This document shows, in pieces, positions 1-8,706 of a stretch of 64,000 nt of DNA. The translations under genes and the position numbers were made by a program. Positions within the stretch are counted from its first letter, which is position 1, and each line of letters begins with the position of its first letter. Origin of the DNA: Methanomassiliicoccus sp. (lineage in GTDB: Archaea > Thermoplasmatota > Thermoplasmata > Methanomassiliicoccales > UBA472); contig SPCU01000001.1 of NCBI GenBank assembly GCA_004525545.1, forward strand, positions 3,468 through 67,467, in the 5' to 3' direction. The notes beneath the pieces were generated by a model, which was given only the letters and a program-made list of their open reading frames with translations, was not told where the DNA came from and made no database searches.

Positions 1-309
1 TTCTCCAACGGATGGATGACCTTCGCCCTCTCATTGCTGGTACTGGGGACCGGTACCGCCTTCATATGGGCCTCGTTGCTGACGATGACCGTGGAGATAG
101 TCCCTGACCTCAAAGGCACGGTTTCATCTGTCTTCAACAGCTCCCGTTTCTTTGGATATTCCCTGGCACCTATGATATTTGCGCCGATATACGCCTTCAA
201 CGGGTTCGACACGCTTCTGCTGGTCGGCTTCCTGCTTACATTGGTGGCAATACCACTGTTGTTGCTACTGTCCCTTCAATTAAGGGGGTCCCAGGAAGAA
301 AGCACCTGA
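1..309 (+). CDS. MFS-type transporter, C-terminal fragment (5' end outside window)
   Basis: The reading frame is open to position 1. The translated tail is three hydrophobic helices (LLVLGTGTAFIW, FFGYSLAPMIFAPIY, LLLVGFLLTLVAIPLLLLL), as in the last TMs of MFS permeases. Family assigned by resemblance only. Confidence 0.45.
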   Translation, partial: FSNGWMTFALSLLVLGTGTAFIWASLLTMTVEIVPDLKGTVSSVFNSSRFFGYSLAPMIFAPIYAFNGFDTLLLVGFLLTLVAIPLLLLLSLQLRGSQEEST

Positions 310-866
310 GATAGCTGGGACCGGGTGTTCTCCGAACTGCTGGAATTGTCTAGGACGATCCATCCGTCCACTGAGAGCTCCAACACTTTTGCTCGAACCT
401 TGTTCAATGATATCAGGTTCTCGAACATCTCCCGGTCGTGTGCCCTATCTTCTATCCTTTTCAGAGCGCATTCCGGAGTGGTATCGACAAGAAGCAGTCG
501 GTTGGGAATGGGAAGTATCTTGCAAAAGAAACTGTAACCGTATTGATGCAATCCCGAAGGCAGATATGCCGTGGCCATCAGGTAACGTACGAAAATGACC
601 TTGTCATAGCCATGCCATCGGCGAAGAAGTCTTAACGAGTTCAATACGTCAAGGATGAAAAAGATGGTAGCCACCAGGCGCATGAGCTTGCCCTCGGCCG
701 TCAAGGAACGCCGGCTAAGTCTGCCGAACCAGGAATCAGAAGGGTGAGAGCGTATCAGGACCTTTTCCCCCCTCTCTCGATAATGCTCAGCGATCCACCC
801 TGCCACGGTGCTCTTGCCCGAGCCATCGATCCCGTCCACAACTATCATTTCCATTCGATCAAGCAC
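276..866 (-). CDS. thymidylate kinase family P-loop protein (putative dTMP kinase-like)
   Basis: P-loop VVDGIDGSGKST near the N-terminus, a RYLMATAYLP segment and LLLVDTTPECALKRIEDR...EMFE lid-like region match the dTMP kinase layout. The usual REPGGT motif is not seen. A start at Met5 (854) is possible. Confidence 0.55.
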   Translation of the reverse strand: MLDRMEMIVVDGIDGSGKSTVAGWIAEHYRERGEKVLIRSHPSDSWFGRLSRRSLTAEGKLMRLVATIFFILDVLNSLRLLRRWHGYDKVIFVRYLMATAYLPSGLHQYGYSFFCKILPIPNRLLLVDTTPECALKRIEDRAHDREMFENLISLNKVRAKVLELSVDGWIVLDNSSSSENTRSQLSQVLSSWDPLN

Positions 867-867
867 C

Positions 868-1596
868 TCAGATGCCCGTCAGGGCCATTATCAGGGCGGT
901 AGTTAGGGGGATCACCAAATTGTCATATTCGCCTGGTGTATAAAGTTCTACGATCGCGACGTAAGCGCCCAGACCCAAGGCCAAAATGGCTGTCAGGGGG
1001 AGTGCGATCGTCCTATCGCCGTAAAGGCCGGCGTCGAAAAGGAGATTGTAAACGTTAAGGATGATGAATATGCCAAGAGTAGCGAAGAAAAAGACCGCGA
1101 CCGTCCCTTCCAGGGTCTTGTTCCCTCTGATCTTCCTCCTCCCGTACATCTTCCCGATCAAGCCCCCCATACCATCCCCGTATGCCATGCTCACGATCCC
1201 CACCGAGGCGATGACCAGGTCACCAAAGGCGAAATATGCCAAGATGGTCCAGGAAATTGCATAATAAACTAGACCCAATTTATGACCGTCGTGGGATGCA
1301 CTGTAAAGGACCGACCCCTTCAACCCCCTTTTCAATCCTCCTTTCGCCTCTCCATCCTGATCCCCATATCTTGAGAATAATAGTAGTAAGGGGATGAACG
1401 GTGCGGCCGCTAAAAGGGCCATGATATAATTAGTATCGAACACCCACCAAAAGATGGCGATGTTCCCTATCATGATATGAATGAACTTACGATGGAATGA
1501 CCTCTTCTTTAGAAATCCCCATTTGGTAGTTATGACCACCATTGTGCCTACATAAGCGTAGACAAGGAACAGACCGAGGGCGTCACCGCCAAGCAA
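868..1596 (-). CDS. polytopic membrane protein, dolichol/phytol kinase-type CTP-dependent kinase family (COG0170-like)
   Basis: Multiple TM helices plus YGDGMGGLIGKMYGRRK...KTLEGTVAVFFF, which resembles the cytidylyltransferase-family signature of dolichol kinase homologues. Its stop lies 1 nt from the start of the downstream kinase gene. Confidence 0.5.
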   Translation of the reverse strand: MLGGDALGLFLVYAYVGTMVVITTKWGFLKKRSFHRKFIHIMIGNIAIFWWVFDTNYIMALLAAAPFIPLLLLFSRYGDQDGEAKGGLKRGLKGSVLYSASHDGHKLGLVYYAISWTILAYFAFGDLVIASVGIVSMAYGDGMGGLIGKMYGRRKIRGNKTLEGTVAVFFFATLGIFIILNVYNLLFDAGLYGDRTIALPLTAILALGLGAYVAIVELYTPGEYDNLVIPLTTALIMALTGI

Positions 1597-1678
1597 AGCA
1601 ATCTGCCCCTTATGACCTTAGATGATATAAAAAGCTCAATGGGGCCCAGACTTCTTAAACGGTCGTTTTGATGTCAAC

Positions 1679-2407
1679 ATGAATATCTTTTTAGATATCC
1701 AGTCAAAAGAGATTAAATACAGTACTGGCGGATTCAGAGTCGGGATGAACGAGAAGGATCTTTTATTGTTCGACCGGCTCAAGGATGTGCTTGGCGATCC
1801 GCCACGCATAGGGCCGGTTGTGATGGACGTCAAGACCACGCAATTCGTGCGAGTAGAGCTGGTCCTACTTCGCCTTTTATCGGAGGAAGGCCGAAATGGA
1901 CTTTTCATCTCAGTGGATCGACCTCATCAGTACATGGTACATCTGCTCAATATGCACCAGATAGACCACAGAAATCTAACGTTCGTTGACGCGGTGGCCA
2001 GATTTTCATCGGATTGTAAACAAGCCGATGCCAGAGTGGGCTTCCTTCAAGGACCGCGCAATATCGATACCTTACCGGAAGCTCTCAGGGAATGGTCGTC
2101 ACGTTCCAACGGTTCCGGGTTCGACATAAGCAAATGTAGTTTCGCCATCGTCGACAATCTGAACACATTACTGAACTTCAACAGTCACCAAGTTGTCCAG
2201 ACATTCCTTGAAGATTTTATCAAGACCTTCGACGGCAAGGTCACGCTTCCTATGGTTATCGACAAGGAACGCAACCATAACCTATTCCAGATGGCCTCGT
2301 CCAATGGGAGACCGCATTTGGACCTGAGCACAGAAAGCGTTCCTCGAATTATTAACCGGCCTCGATTACAGATCATAGAACAAAATGATTATGGGGGGAT
2401 TCGTTAA
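1679..2407 (+). CDS. hypothetical protein, possible degenerate KaiC/RecA-like domain lacking a Walker A motif
   Basis: 242-aa ORF whose TAA overlaps the ATG of the downstream KaiC-like ATPase (TAATG at 2405-2409). No P-loop is present. The layout (GLFISVDRPHQYMVHLL...LTFVDAV...AIVDNLNTLL) resembles strand/helix alternation of RecA-fold proteins. Confidence 0.5.
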   Translation: MNIFLDIQSKEIKYSTGGFRVGMNEKDLLLFDRLKDVLGDPPRIGPVVMDVKTTQFVRVELVLLRLLSEEGRNGLFISVDRPHQYMVHLLNMHQIDHRNLTFVDAVARFSSDCKQADARVGFLQGPRNIDTLPEALREWSSRSNGSGFDISKCSFAIVDNLNTLLNFNSHQVVQTFLEDFIKTFDGKVTLPMVIDKERNHNLFQMASSNGRPHLDLSTESVPRIINRPRLQIIEQNDYGGIR

Positions 2408-3108
2408 TGGAATTGACAAATACAGAGCGCTCACCTCTGGTACGAATACCGACGGGAATACCAGGGCTCGATGACATGATCGAGAGCGGTTTCCCCTTCC
2501 CATCGGTTATTCTCGTCTCAGGCACGGCCGGTACCGGAAAGACCACTTTTGCCCTAAAATTCCTGGCCGAAGGGGCGGCGAGGGGTGAGCAGGGGCTTTA
2601 CTTTACGACCTTAAGCGAACCGACACAGTGGATGTTGCGTTTTTCATCCCAGTTCGAGTTCATGCGTCCTGAGTTCTTCGAAAATGAGATCGTCTACGAA
2701 GATCTGGGAAATCACCTCCGTGACGGAGATTCCGCCGCGTTGTTGGACGCCATCGAAAAGCGCATCGCCGAGGTGATGCCTCAGCGTATCGTCATCGATC
2801 CCATAACCGTGGTGGGGGAGATGTTCAAGGACGGATACAGGCAGTTCCTCTTCGATCTTACAAATAGGTTGAAGAACTGGAACGCGACCACATTGGTCAC
2901 CGGAGAGGTACGACCAGGTGAGCTATATCCACCAGAGATATCCTATGCTGTGGACGGTATTGTGCTGTTACATATGGCCGAGGAACTTGGTTCCCGGCGC
3001 AAATACCTCGAGGTACTGAAGATGAGGGGCACCAATCACGTCACCGGAAAGCATTCCATCGACATCTCTCGTAAGGAAGGCCTCATCGTGCTCAAGGCTC
3101 GATTCTAG
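2407..3108 (+). CDS. single-domain KaiC/RadA-like RecA-superfamily ATPase
   Basis: GIPGLDDMIESGFPFPSVILVSGTAGTGKTTFALKF (Walker A) and IVIDPITV (Walker B-like). At 233 aa it is typical of archaeal KaiC-like ATPases. Confidence 0.8.
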   Translation: MELTNTERSPLVRIPTGIPGLDDMIESGFPFPSVILVSGTAGTGKTTFALKFLAEGAARGEQGLYFTTLSEPTQWMLRFSSQFEFMRPEFFENEIVYEDLGNHLRDGDSAALLDAIEKRIAEVMPQRIVIDPITVVGEMFKDGYRQFLFDLTNRLKNWNATTLVTGEVRPGELYPPEISYAVDGIVLLHMAEELGSRRKYLEVLKMRGTNHVTGKHSIDISRKEGLIVLKARF

Positions 3109-3265
3109 GAAAAAAACAGGAAAGTTCAGCCTCGATGCGTCCTGTTCTGTCCATCAGCCTTTAAAGAGTTAATCGAGGCCAGATTACATTTTTTTGGTTG
3201 TAATTCTTCCTAAATGATTAATATAGGTACCCATATCTAGGCTGGAATTTATAAGAGGTTTAGTA

Positions 3266-5395
3266 ATGCTAGACGATCCTCTGTACTACATAATACCGAT
3301 CGCGGGCATAATAGGGCTCCTCTTCGCTGGATACCTCACTTGGTGGATCCTCAGGAAAGATACTGGAACTCCTGAGATGAAAGCCATAAGTGACGCTATT
3401 CGCGAAGGTGCGATGGCCTATCTTGCTCGTCAGTACAAGACGATCGCCATCATCAGTGTCATATTGGGCGTCCTGATCACAATCGGGATCAACCTTTGGA
3501 CCGGTGTGGCGTTCCTGCTGGGTGCTTTCTTCTCTGCCCTGTCTGGATACATCGGAATGTACGTGTCCGTGAATTCGAACATTAGGACTGCGAGCGCCGC
3601 AAGGCGCTCTATGAACGAGGCGCTTCTGACCTCCTTCCGCGGTGGTGCCGTTTCCGGTATCGCCGTGGTGGCCTTGAGCCTTTTAGGTGTTGCCGGAATA
3701 TTCTTCGTTTACCAGGCTTGGATGGCCGTTGGAGCCCCTGACTCTGCTGCGTTATACCTCGATGCGTTGTTCTTGGTCGTGGGCTATGCCTTCGGCGCCA
3801 GCTTCGCCGCGTTGTTCGCTCAGCTGGGTGGGGGTATCTATACCAAGGCCGCTGATGTCGGTGCTGATCTGGTGGGTAAGGTCGAGGCGGGTATTCCCGA
3901 GGATGACCCTCGTAACCCTGCCGTCATAGCCGACCTCGTTGGTGACAACGTCGGAGATTGCGCCGGTCGTGGCGCTGACCTGTTCGAAAGCACCGCTGCC
4001 GAGAACATCGGTGCCATGATTTTGGGTATCGCCATCTTCGCTATCACCGGGAACCCCGGCTGGTTCATGTTCCCTCTGGTCGTTCGCGCCTTTGGGTTGA
4101 TCGCCGGCCTGGTTGGTATCATGGTCGTCAAGCTGAGAAACGAGGACGAGAACCCCATGAAGGCCATCAATCGCGGTTACTATGTAACGAGCATCATCGC
4201 CGCCATACTGTTCTACTTCTCGGTGGAATGGTTGTTGGATGGTCAAATGGCCTTCTTCTACTGCGGTATGATCGGCATCGTTCTCAGCATCGCGATCGTC
4301 TACATCACCCAGTACTACACTGCTGGTGAGTACCGCCCGGTCAGAGAGATCGCCAAGGCATCTGAGACCGGCGCTGCCACCAACATCATCACGGGGATAT
4401 CCATAGGGATGGAGACCACCGCATTGTCGGTTTTGGCCATCGCCATGGCATTGATCGCCTCGTTCGAACTGGGTCGAAGCGTCACCGACGTTGAGCAATA
4501 CAAGTTCGTCTATGGGCTGTACGGAACCGCCGCGGCCACCATGGGTATGCTGACGACCTGCGCCTTCGTACTCGCCGAAGACACCTTTGGACCGATCACC
4601 GATAACGCTGGTGGCATCGTTGAGATGTCCCATCAGGCGGAAGAGGTCCGTGAGAGGACAGACCGCCTGGACGCCATCGGCAACACCACCAAGGCCCTGA
4701 CCAAGGGATACGCGATGGGCGCCGCTGCGCTGGCCGCCTACCTATTGTTCGGAGCGTTCTTCGAGCAAGTGGCTAGGATCCGGGGCATCGACATCCTGAC
4801 CTTCTACGAGGACTTCCACGTGGACCTGATGCAGCCGGTCGTGTTCATATCGGCCCTCATAGGCGCCATGTTGGTGTACTTGTTCACCTCCCTGGCCATA
4901 CGCGCCGTGGGCAAGGCCGCCGGAGATATGATCTCCGAGGTACGCCGACAGTTCAAGGAGAGGCCGGGCATATTGGCCGGGACCGAGAAGCCTGACTACG
5001 CCACCTGCGTCGATATAAGCACCAAGGGGGCACTGAAGGCCATGATGCTGCCCGGCATACTGCCGGTCGTCGTCCCTGTGGCCTTGGGTTTGATCCTGAG
5101 GTACAGCTACTCCGACAACGACATGGCCGTCATGGGCGTCGGTGCCTTCTTGATGGTAGCGACCATCGCCGGTGTGCTCATGGCCCTCTTCCTTAACAAC
5201 GGAGGAGGCGCCTGGGACAACGCTAAGAAGTTCATCGAATCGAAAGGCCTGAAGGGCACAGCAGTGCACTCAGCTGGTGTGGTCGGAGATACCGTCGGGG
5301 ATCCGTTCAAGGATACCGCCGGACCTTCCCTGCACGTGCTGGTGAAGCTCCTGTCCACCATCACTCTGGTCTTCGCCGTGATGTTCGTGGTATGA
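3266..5395 (+). CDS. hppA: membrane-bound proton-translocating pyrophosphatase, probably K+-independent subtype
   Basis: 709 aa and polytopic, with diagnostic motifs GDNVGDCAGRGADLFES, DNAGGIVEMS, GGGAWDNAKKFIE and VGDTVGDPFKDTAGPSLHVL. The GNTTKA motif (Lys codon 4691-4693) rather than GNTTAA is the known K+-independent signature. Confidence 0.95.
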   Translation: MLDDPLYYIIPIAGIIGLLFAGYLTWWILRKDTGTPEMKAISDAIREGAMAYLARQYKTIAIISVILGVLITIGINLWTGVAFLLGAFFSALSGYIGMYVSVNSNIRTASAARRSMNEALLTSFRGGAVSGIAVVALSLLGVAGIFFVYQAWMAVGAPDSAALYLDALFLVVGYAFGASFAALFAQLGGGIYTKAADVGADLVGKVEAGIPEDDPRNPAVIADLVGDNVGDCAGRGADLFESTAAENIGAMILGIAIFAITGNPGWFMFPLVVRAFGLIAGLVGIMVVKLRNEDENPMKAINRGYYVTSIIAAILFYFSVEWLLDGQMAFFYCGMIGIVLSIAIVYITQYYTAGEYRPVREIAKASETGAATNIITGISIGMETTALSVLAIAMALIASFELGRSVTDVEQYKFVYGLYGTAAATMGMLTTCAFVLAEDTFGPITDNAGGIVEMSHQAEEVRERTDRLDAIGNTTKALTKGYAMGAAALAAYLLFGAFFEQVARIRGIDILTFYEDFHVDLMQPVVFISALIGAMLVYLFTSLAIRAVGKAAGDMISEVRRQFKERPGILAGTEKPDYATCVDISTKGALKAMMLPGILPVVVPVALGLILRYSYSDNDMAVMGVGAFLMVATIAGVLMALFLNNGGGAWDNAKKFIESKGLKGTAVHSAGVVGDTVGDPFKDTAGPSLHVLVKLLSTITLVFAVMFVV

Positions 5396-5403
5396 AGCAA
5401 ACC

Positions 5404-5423
5404 CCTTTCCTTCCCTTTTTTTT
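5404..5423 (+). terminator. oligo-T terminator after hppA
   Basis: CCCCTTTCCTTCCC followed by a run of 8 T (5416-5423), about 10-30 nt after the stop codon. Archaeal terminators are oligo-T tracts. Confidence 0.45.
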
Positions 5424-5508
5424 ATCCAGCATCCCCAATGCTTATATGCTCGTTGCTCAATCTTTATATAACCGATTTATCATGCCAAGGTAGTTAAGAG
5501 GAGTATTC

Positions 5509-6072
5509 ATGTATTTGTTGACCCAAAGGGAGAGAGTCGTTCGCATTCCCCCTGACCGGCTGGGCGATAACGTCAACCAGGTGGTCAACGAGTTGGCCCG
5601 AGAGGCTTACGAAGGCCGCATCGAGGGAAACAACTCGCTCACCGTTCTCATCAAGAACATCGAGACCGTAGGTGACGGTCGCATAGTGCATGGCGATGGG
5701 GCGGTCTACCAGACCGTCAAATTCGATTCGCTCATATTCAGGCCCATGATCCAGGAGGTAGTGGAGGGCAATATCTGTGAGATCCTCAAGTTCGGTGCCT
5801 TCGTGCGCTTCGGACCTCTTGACGGACTCCTTCATATCAGCCAGGTCATGGACGATCGCATCGATGTCGATGACAGTAACCAACGATTGATAGGCAAGGA
5901 CACCAAGCGTGATCTGAAGGTCGGCGATACCGTCCGCTCCAGGATAGTAGCTTTGTCCTTCAATGAGATGAACCCACGCGAGAGCAAGATCGGCCTGACC
6001 ATGAGGCAGCCCGGATTGGGCAAGCTGGAATGGTTGACCGAGGAAAGGGCCAAGAAGGAGGTCGAGAAATGA
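5509..6072 (+). CDS. rpoE: DNA-directed RNA polymerase subunit E' (Rpo7) with S1 domain
   Basis: N-terminal Rpo7 fold sequence (VRIPPDRLGDN...) and S1 domain (GNICEILKFGAFVRFGPLDGLLHISQVMDD). It sits in the conserved archaeal rpo7-spt4 context. Confidence 0.9.
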   Translation: MYLLTQRERVVRIPPDRLGDNVNQVVNELAREAYEGRIEGNNSLTVLIKNIETVGDGRIVHGDGAVYQTVKFDSLIFRPMIQEVVEGNICEILKFGAFVRFGPLDGLLHISQVMDDRIDVDDSNQRLIGKDTKRDLKVGDTVRSRIVALSFNEMNPRESKIGLTMRQPGLGKLEWLTEERAKKEVEK

Positions 6073-6254
6073 AGGTGGTCAAGGCCTGCAAGACCTGTTC
6101 TTTAATATCCGAAGAGGATAAGTGCCCTCGCTGCGCCGGCGACATGTCCAAGGAATGGCAAGGGTATGTGATCATCATCGACCACAACAAATCCGAAATA
6201 GCTAAGAGGATGGGCATAAATGAGAATGGCAAGTACGCCCTCAAAGTCCGCTGA
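6069..6254 (+). CDS. spt4: transcription elongation factor Spt4 (RpoE'')
   Basis: MKVVKACKTCSLISEEDKCPRCAG zinc ribbon followed by W.GYVIIID. The ATG at 6069 overlaps the rpo7 stop (ATGA). The ORF-track start at 6030 is probably too far upstream. Confidence 0.85.
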   Translation: MKVVKACKTCSLISEEDKCPRCAGDMSKEWQGYVIIIDHNKSEIAKRMGINENGKYALKVR

Positions 6255-6258
6255 ACTG

Positions 6259-6777
6259 GTGGTTCCTCCAAAAGGTTGGAGGCTGCCGGAGAGCTTGAGG
6301 AGCGAACTTGGCATGCCCTTCGGGAAGCTGCTTCAGGAAAAAGATCTCCTGGATAACCTTCTCGGATGTGAGAAAATAATCACTGTGGGGGACATCGTAT
6401 CCACCACCCTTATAAACAAGGGCGTCATCCCCCACATCACGGTATATGATAGATGCAGCGAAAGGATGGAGCTGGATGCTGATGAGCACCCGGTAGACCG
6501 CCTGTCGGTGCCGGAGATACTGGTGGAGAACCCCCCGGGACTGATCACTCCTGAGCTGGTAAAGGCCATAAAAGATGGCCTTGACCGCGAGGATAAGGTC
6601 AAGGTCCGGGTTCAAGGAGAGGAGGACCTGGCTGCGCTGGTCTGCGCCGCGTTGGCTCCAGTAGGTACCTGTCTCCTTTATGGTCTCCCTGGAAAGGGAG
6701 TGGTGTTGGTGCACACTGACGCCAAAGTAAACCAAGCGGCGCGCGAACTGATACGCTCAATGGAGGTATTAAAGTGA
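6259..6777 (+). CDS. DUF359 family protein, GTP-dependent dephospho-CoA kinase type
   Basis: WRLPESLRSELGMPFGKLL...ITVGDIVS...HITVYDRCSER...EEDLAALV matches the DUF359 layout. It holds the conserved position between spt4 and rps24e. The start is uncertain: GTG at 6259 just after the spt4 stop, while the ORF track gives 6220. Confidence 0.7.
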   Translation: MVPPKGWRLPESLRSELGMPFGKLLQEKDLLDNLLGCEKIITVGDIVSTTLINKGVIPHITVYDRCSERMELDADEHPVDRLSVPEILVENPPGLITPELVKAIKDGLDREDKVKVRVQGEEDLAALVCAALAPVGTCLLYGLPGKGVVLVHTDAKVNQAARELIRSMEVLK

Positions 6778-7082
6778 AGATCGAGATCGAGAGCAAGAGG
6801 CCCAACGTCCTGATGGACAGGACCGAAGTGTCCTTCAAGGCCGACCACCGAGGAGAAGGTTCCCCAAAGAGGGCCGATGTGAAGGTCAAGTTGGCGGAGG
6901 CCTTGGCGGTTAGCAAGGAAAAAGTCATCATCGACCACATGGAGGCCGAATTCGGAATGGGCGTTAGCATGGGCTACGCTAAGGTATACGGCAGTGTCGA
7001 GTCGGCCAAGAAGTTCGAGAAGAACTATCTTCAGGTCAGGAACGGACTGTCCGAGCCGAAGAAGGCTTCGAAGAAGAAGTAA
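6774..7082 (+). CDS. rps24e: 30S ribosomal protein S24e
   Basis: MKIEIESKRPNVLMDRTEVSFKADH...VIIDHMEAEFGMG is typical S24e. It overlaps the upstream stop by 4 nt. Confidence 0.9.
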   Translation: MKIEIESKRPNVLMDRTEVSFKADHRGEGSPKRADVKVKLAEALAVSKEKVIIDHMEAEFGMGVSMGYAKVYGSVESAKKFEKNYLQVRNGLSEPKKASKKK

Positions 7083-7093
7083 GGTGTTGACAC

Positions 7094-7285
7094 ATGGCAG
7101 CCAAGAAGAAGGAAGTCAAGAAGGCGACACCCTCGGCCAAGAAGGACTACTACCAGGCCAAGGGAGACAAGCTTGAACGGTTGAAGAAGTACTGCCCCAA
7201 GTGTGGGCCTGGCGTGTTCCTGGGGGAGCACAAGGACCGGACATCCTGTGGTAAGTGCGGATACACCGAGTTCAAGAAGAAGTGA
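7094..7285 (+). CDS. rps27ae: 30S ribosomal protein S27ae
   Basis: 63 aa with a [24 protein letters not shown] zinc ribbon, following rps24e as in other archaea. Confidence 0.9.
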   Translation: MAAKKKEVKKATPSAKKDYYQAKGDKLERLKKYCPKCGPGVFLGEHKDRTSCGKCGYTEFKKK

Positions 7286-7355
7286 GCTCGGACCCGATCT
7301 TCCTCCCTCGACGAGGGAACAGGTTAATAGGTCGTGGGACCTTCCCAATGACCGC

Positions 7356-7480
7356 GGGCCTGTAGTGTAGCTTGGATATCACTGAGGCCTCCGGAGCCCC
7401 ACCAAGGGGGCGTGGAAAGCCTCGAACCTGGGTTCGAATCCTACCATCTCCGGATGGGGGCGAAATTCCCAGCAGGCCCG
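7356..7480 (+). tRNA. tRNA-Arg (anticodon CCG) with two putative introns (about 7395-7417 and about 7440-7467)
   Basis: Hand-folded. Acceptor GGGCCTG/CAGGCCC. D arm GTGT..TCAC with a GG in the loop. Anticodon stem GAGGC/GCCTC is restored only after removing 23 nt following G37, giving loop CTCCGGA. T arm CTGGG-TTCGAAT-CCCAG is restored only after removing about 28 nt. The mature length would be about 74 nt. A T-run lies at 7495-7500. Confidence 0.7.
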
Positions 7481-7539
7481 CCTTTCTCCTTACATTTTTT
7501 CCACTACTTACTTATCCATCGAGCTTGTTTTCCGCATTC

Positions 7540-8706
7540 ATGCAACTGACTCTGGAAGAGGAGACCATGCTCGCTGGCGAACACGGTCTCGGAAAGCGGA
7601 AAGCGATGGAGCTGCTAGTGGCGTTAGGGGCCATCTACGGCGCCGACCGCCTCATTCCCATCACTTCCGCTCACCTTTCCGGTGTATCATACAAGACCAT
7701 CGGTGAAGGAGGTATCGAATTCCTGGAGGAGATGGCCAAGGATTCCAAGGTCATGGTCCGGACCACCCTCAACCCCATGGGAATGGACGCGGAACGTTGG
7801 CGGGAGATGGGAGTGACCGAACACTTTGCCCAAAGGCAATTGCACATCATCGACCTCTACCGCCAGATGGGGGTGGAGGTCAATTGCACATGTACACCTT
7901 ATCTGCTCAGCAACCGGCCCAAGGTGGGCGATCACATCGCCTGGGCCGAATCCTCTGCCCTATCGTTCGCCAATTCGGTGCTCGGTGCCCGTACCAACCG
8001 GGAAGGAGGGCCGGGGGCATTAGCCGCGGCCATCATAGGTCGCACCCCGAATTACGGTCTCCATTTGGATGAGAATCGTAGACCTACTCATATCATACAA
8101 GTTGAAGAAGGGATCACCAAGGACGAGTGGTCCTTGGTGGGTCACGCCGTCGGGCGTAGACTGGGAGCATGTGTACCATTCTTCCGTGGCTTGGGGAACG
8201 ACGTCAACGGGCTCAAATCCCTGGCCGCGGCAATGGCCGCCTCTGGATCGGTAGCATTCTTCATGGTGGAAAAGGTCACCCCCGATCAGCCATCATCCCT
8301 TGAGGGATTGGAGACCGTTCACATCACCAGGAAGGACGTTGAAGATACCCTTCAGCGCCTGACAAGTGCCACAGAGCCAGATCTCATCGCTATCGGATGT
8401 CCTCACCTCTCGGAGACTGAAATGAAGCAATTGGCGACCTACCTTGAGGGAAAAACGAAGAAGAGCGATGTGGAGGTGTGGTTCTGCACATCCAAGGGCG
8501 TTTATCTTCGGTGCCCGAAGGAGAGAGCCGTGCTGGAACGGTTCGGTATGGTGCTCTGCGATACCTGCATGGTAGTAGCGCCCATCGAAGGGGTGCATAA
8601 GGTCACAGCAAGCAACTCGGCCAAGGCCTGTTCCTATCTTCCAGGTTTATGTTCCCAGAAGGTCCTATGCGGTTCGCAACGCGAACTGTTGGAGTTGATA
8701 ATATGA
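7540..8706 (+). CDS. aconitase X catalytic subunit (DUF521), phosphomevalonate dehydratase large-subunit type
   Basis: MQLTLEEETMLAGEHGLGKRKAMELLVALG...ITSAHLSGVSY matches the AcnX/DUF521 N-terminus. The ORF-track start at 7372 would run through the tRNA, so the ATG at 7540 is preferred. Confidence 0.8.
   Translation: MQLTLEEETMLAGEHGLGKRKAMELLVALGAIYGADRLIPITSAHLSGVSYKTIGEGGIEFLEEMAKDSKVMVRTTLNPMGMDAERWREMGVTEHFAQRQLHIIDLYRQMGVEVNCTCTPYLLSNRPKVGDHIAWAESSALSFANSVLGARTNREGGPGALAAAIIGRTPNYGLHLDENRRPTHIIQVEEGITKDEWSLVGHAVGRRLGACVPFFRGLGNDVNGLKSLAAAMAASGSVAFFMVEKVTPDQPSSLEGLETVHITRKDVEDTLQRLTSATEPDLIAIGCPHLSETEMKQLATYLEGKTKKSDVEVWFCTSKGVYLRCPKERAVLERFGMVLCDTCMVVAPIEGVHKVTASNSAKACSYLPGLCSQKVLCGSQRELLELII

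Noticed and set aside
3752-5400. Long minus-strand ORFs (293, 175, 110 and 97 aa) inside hppA
   Set aside because: These are antisense shadow ORFs of a GC-rich, strongly conserved gene. Their translations are Gly/Arg/His/Asp-rich low-complexity sequence with no motifs.
7372-7539. N-terminal 56-codon extension of the AcnX ORF
   Set aside because: It runs through the tRNA-Arg gene and its T-run. The conserved AcnX N-terminus begins at the ATG at 7540.
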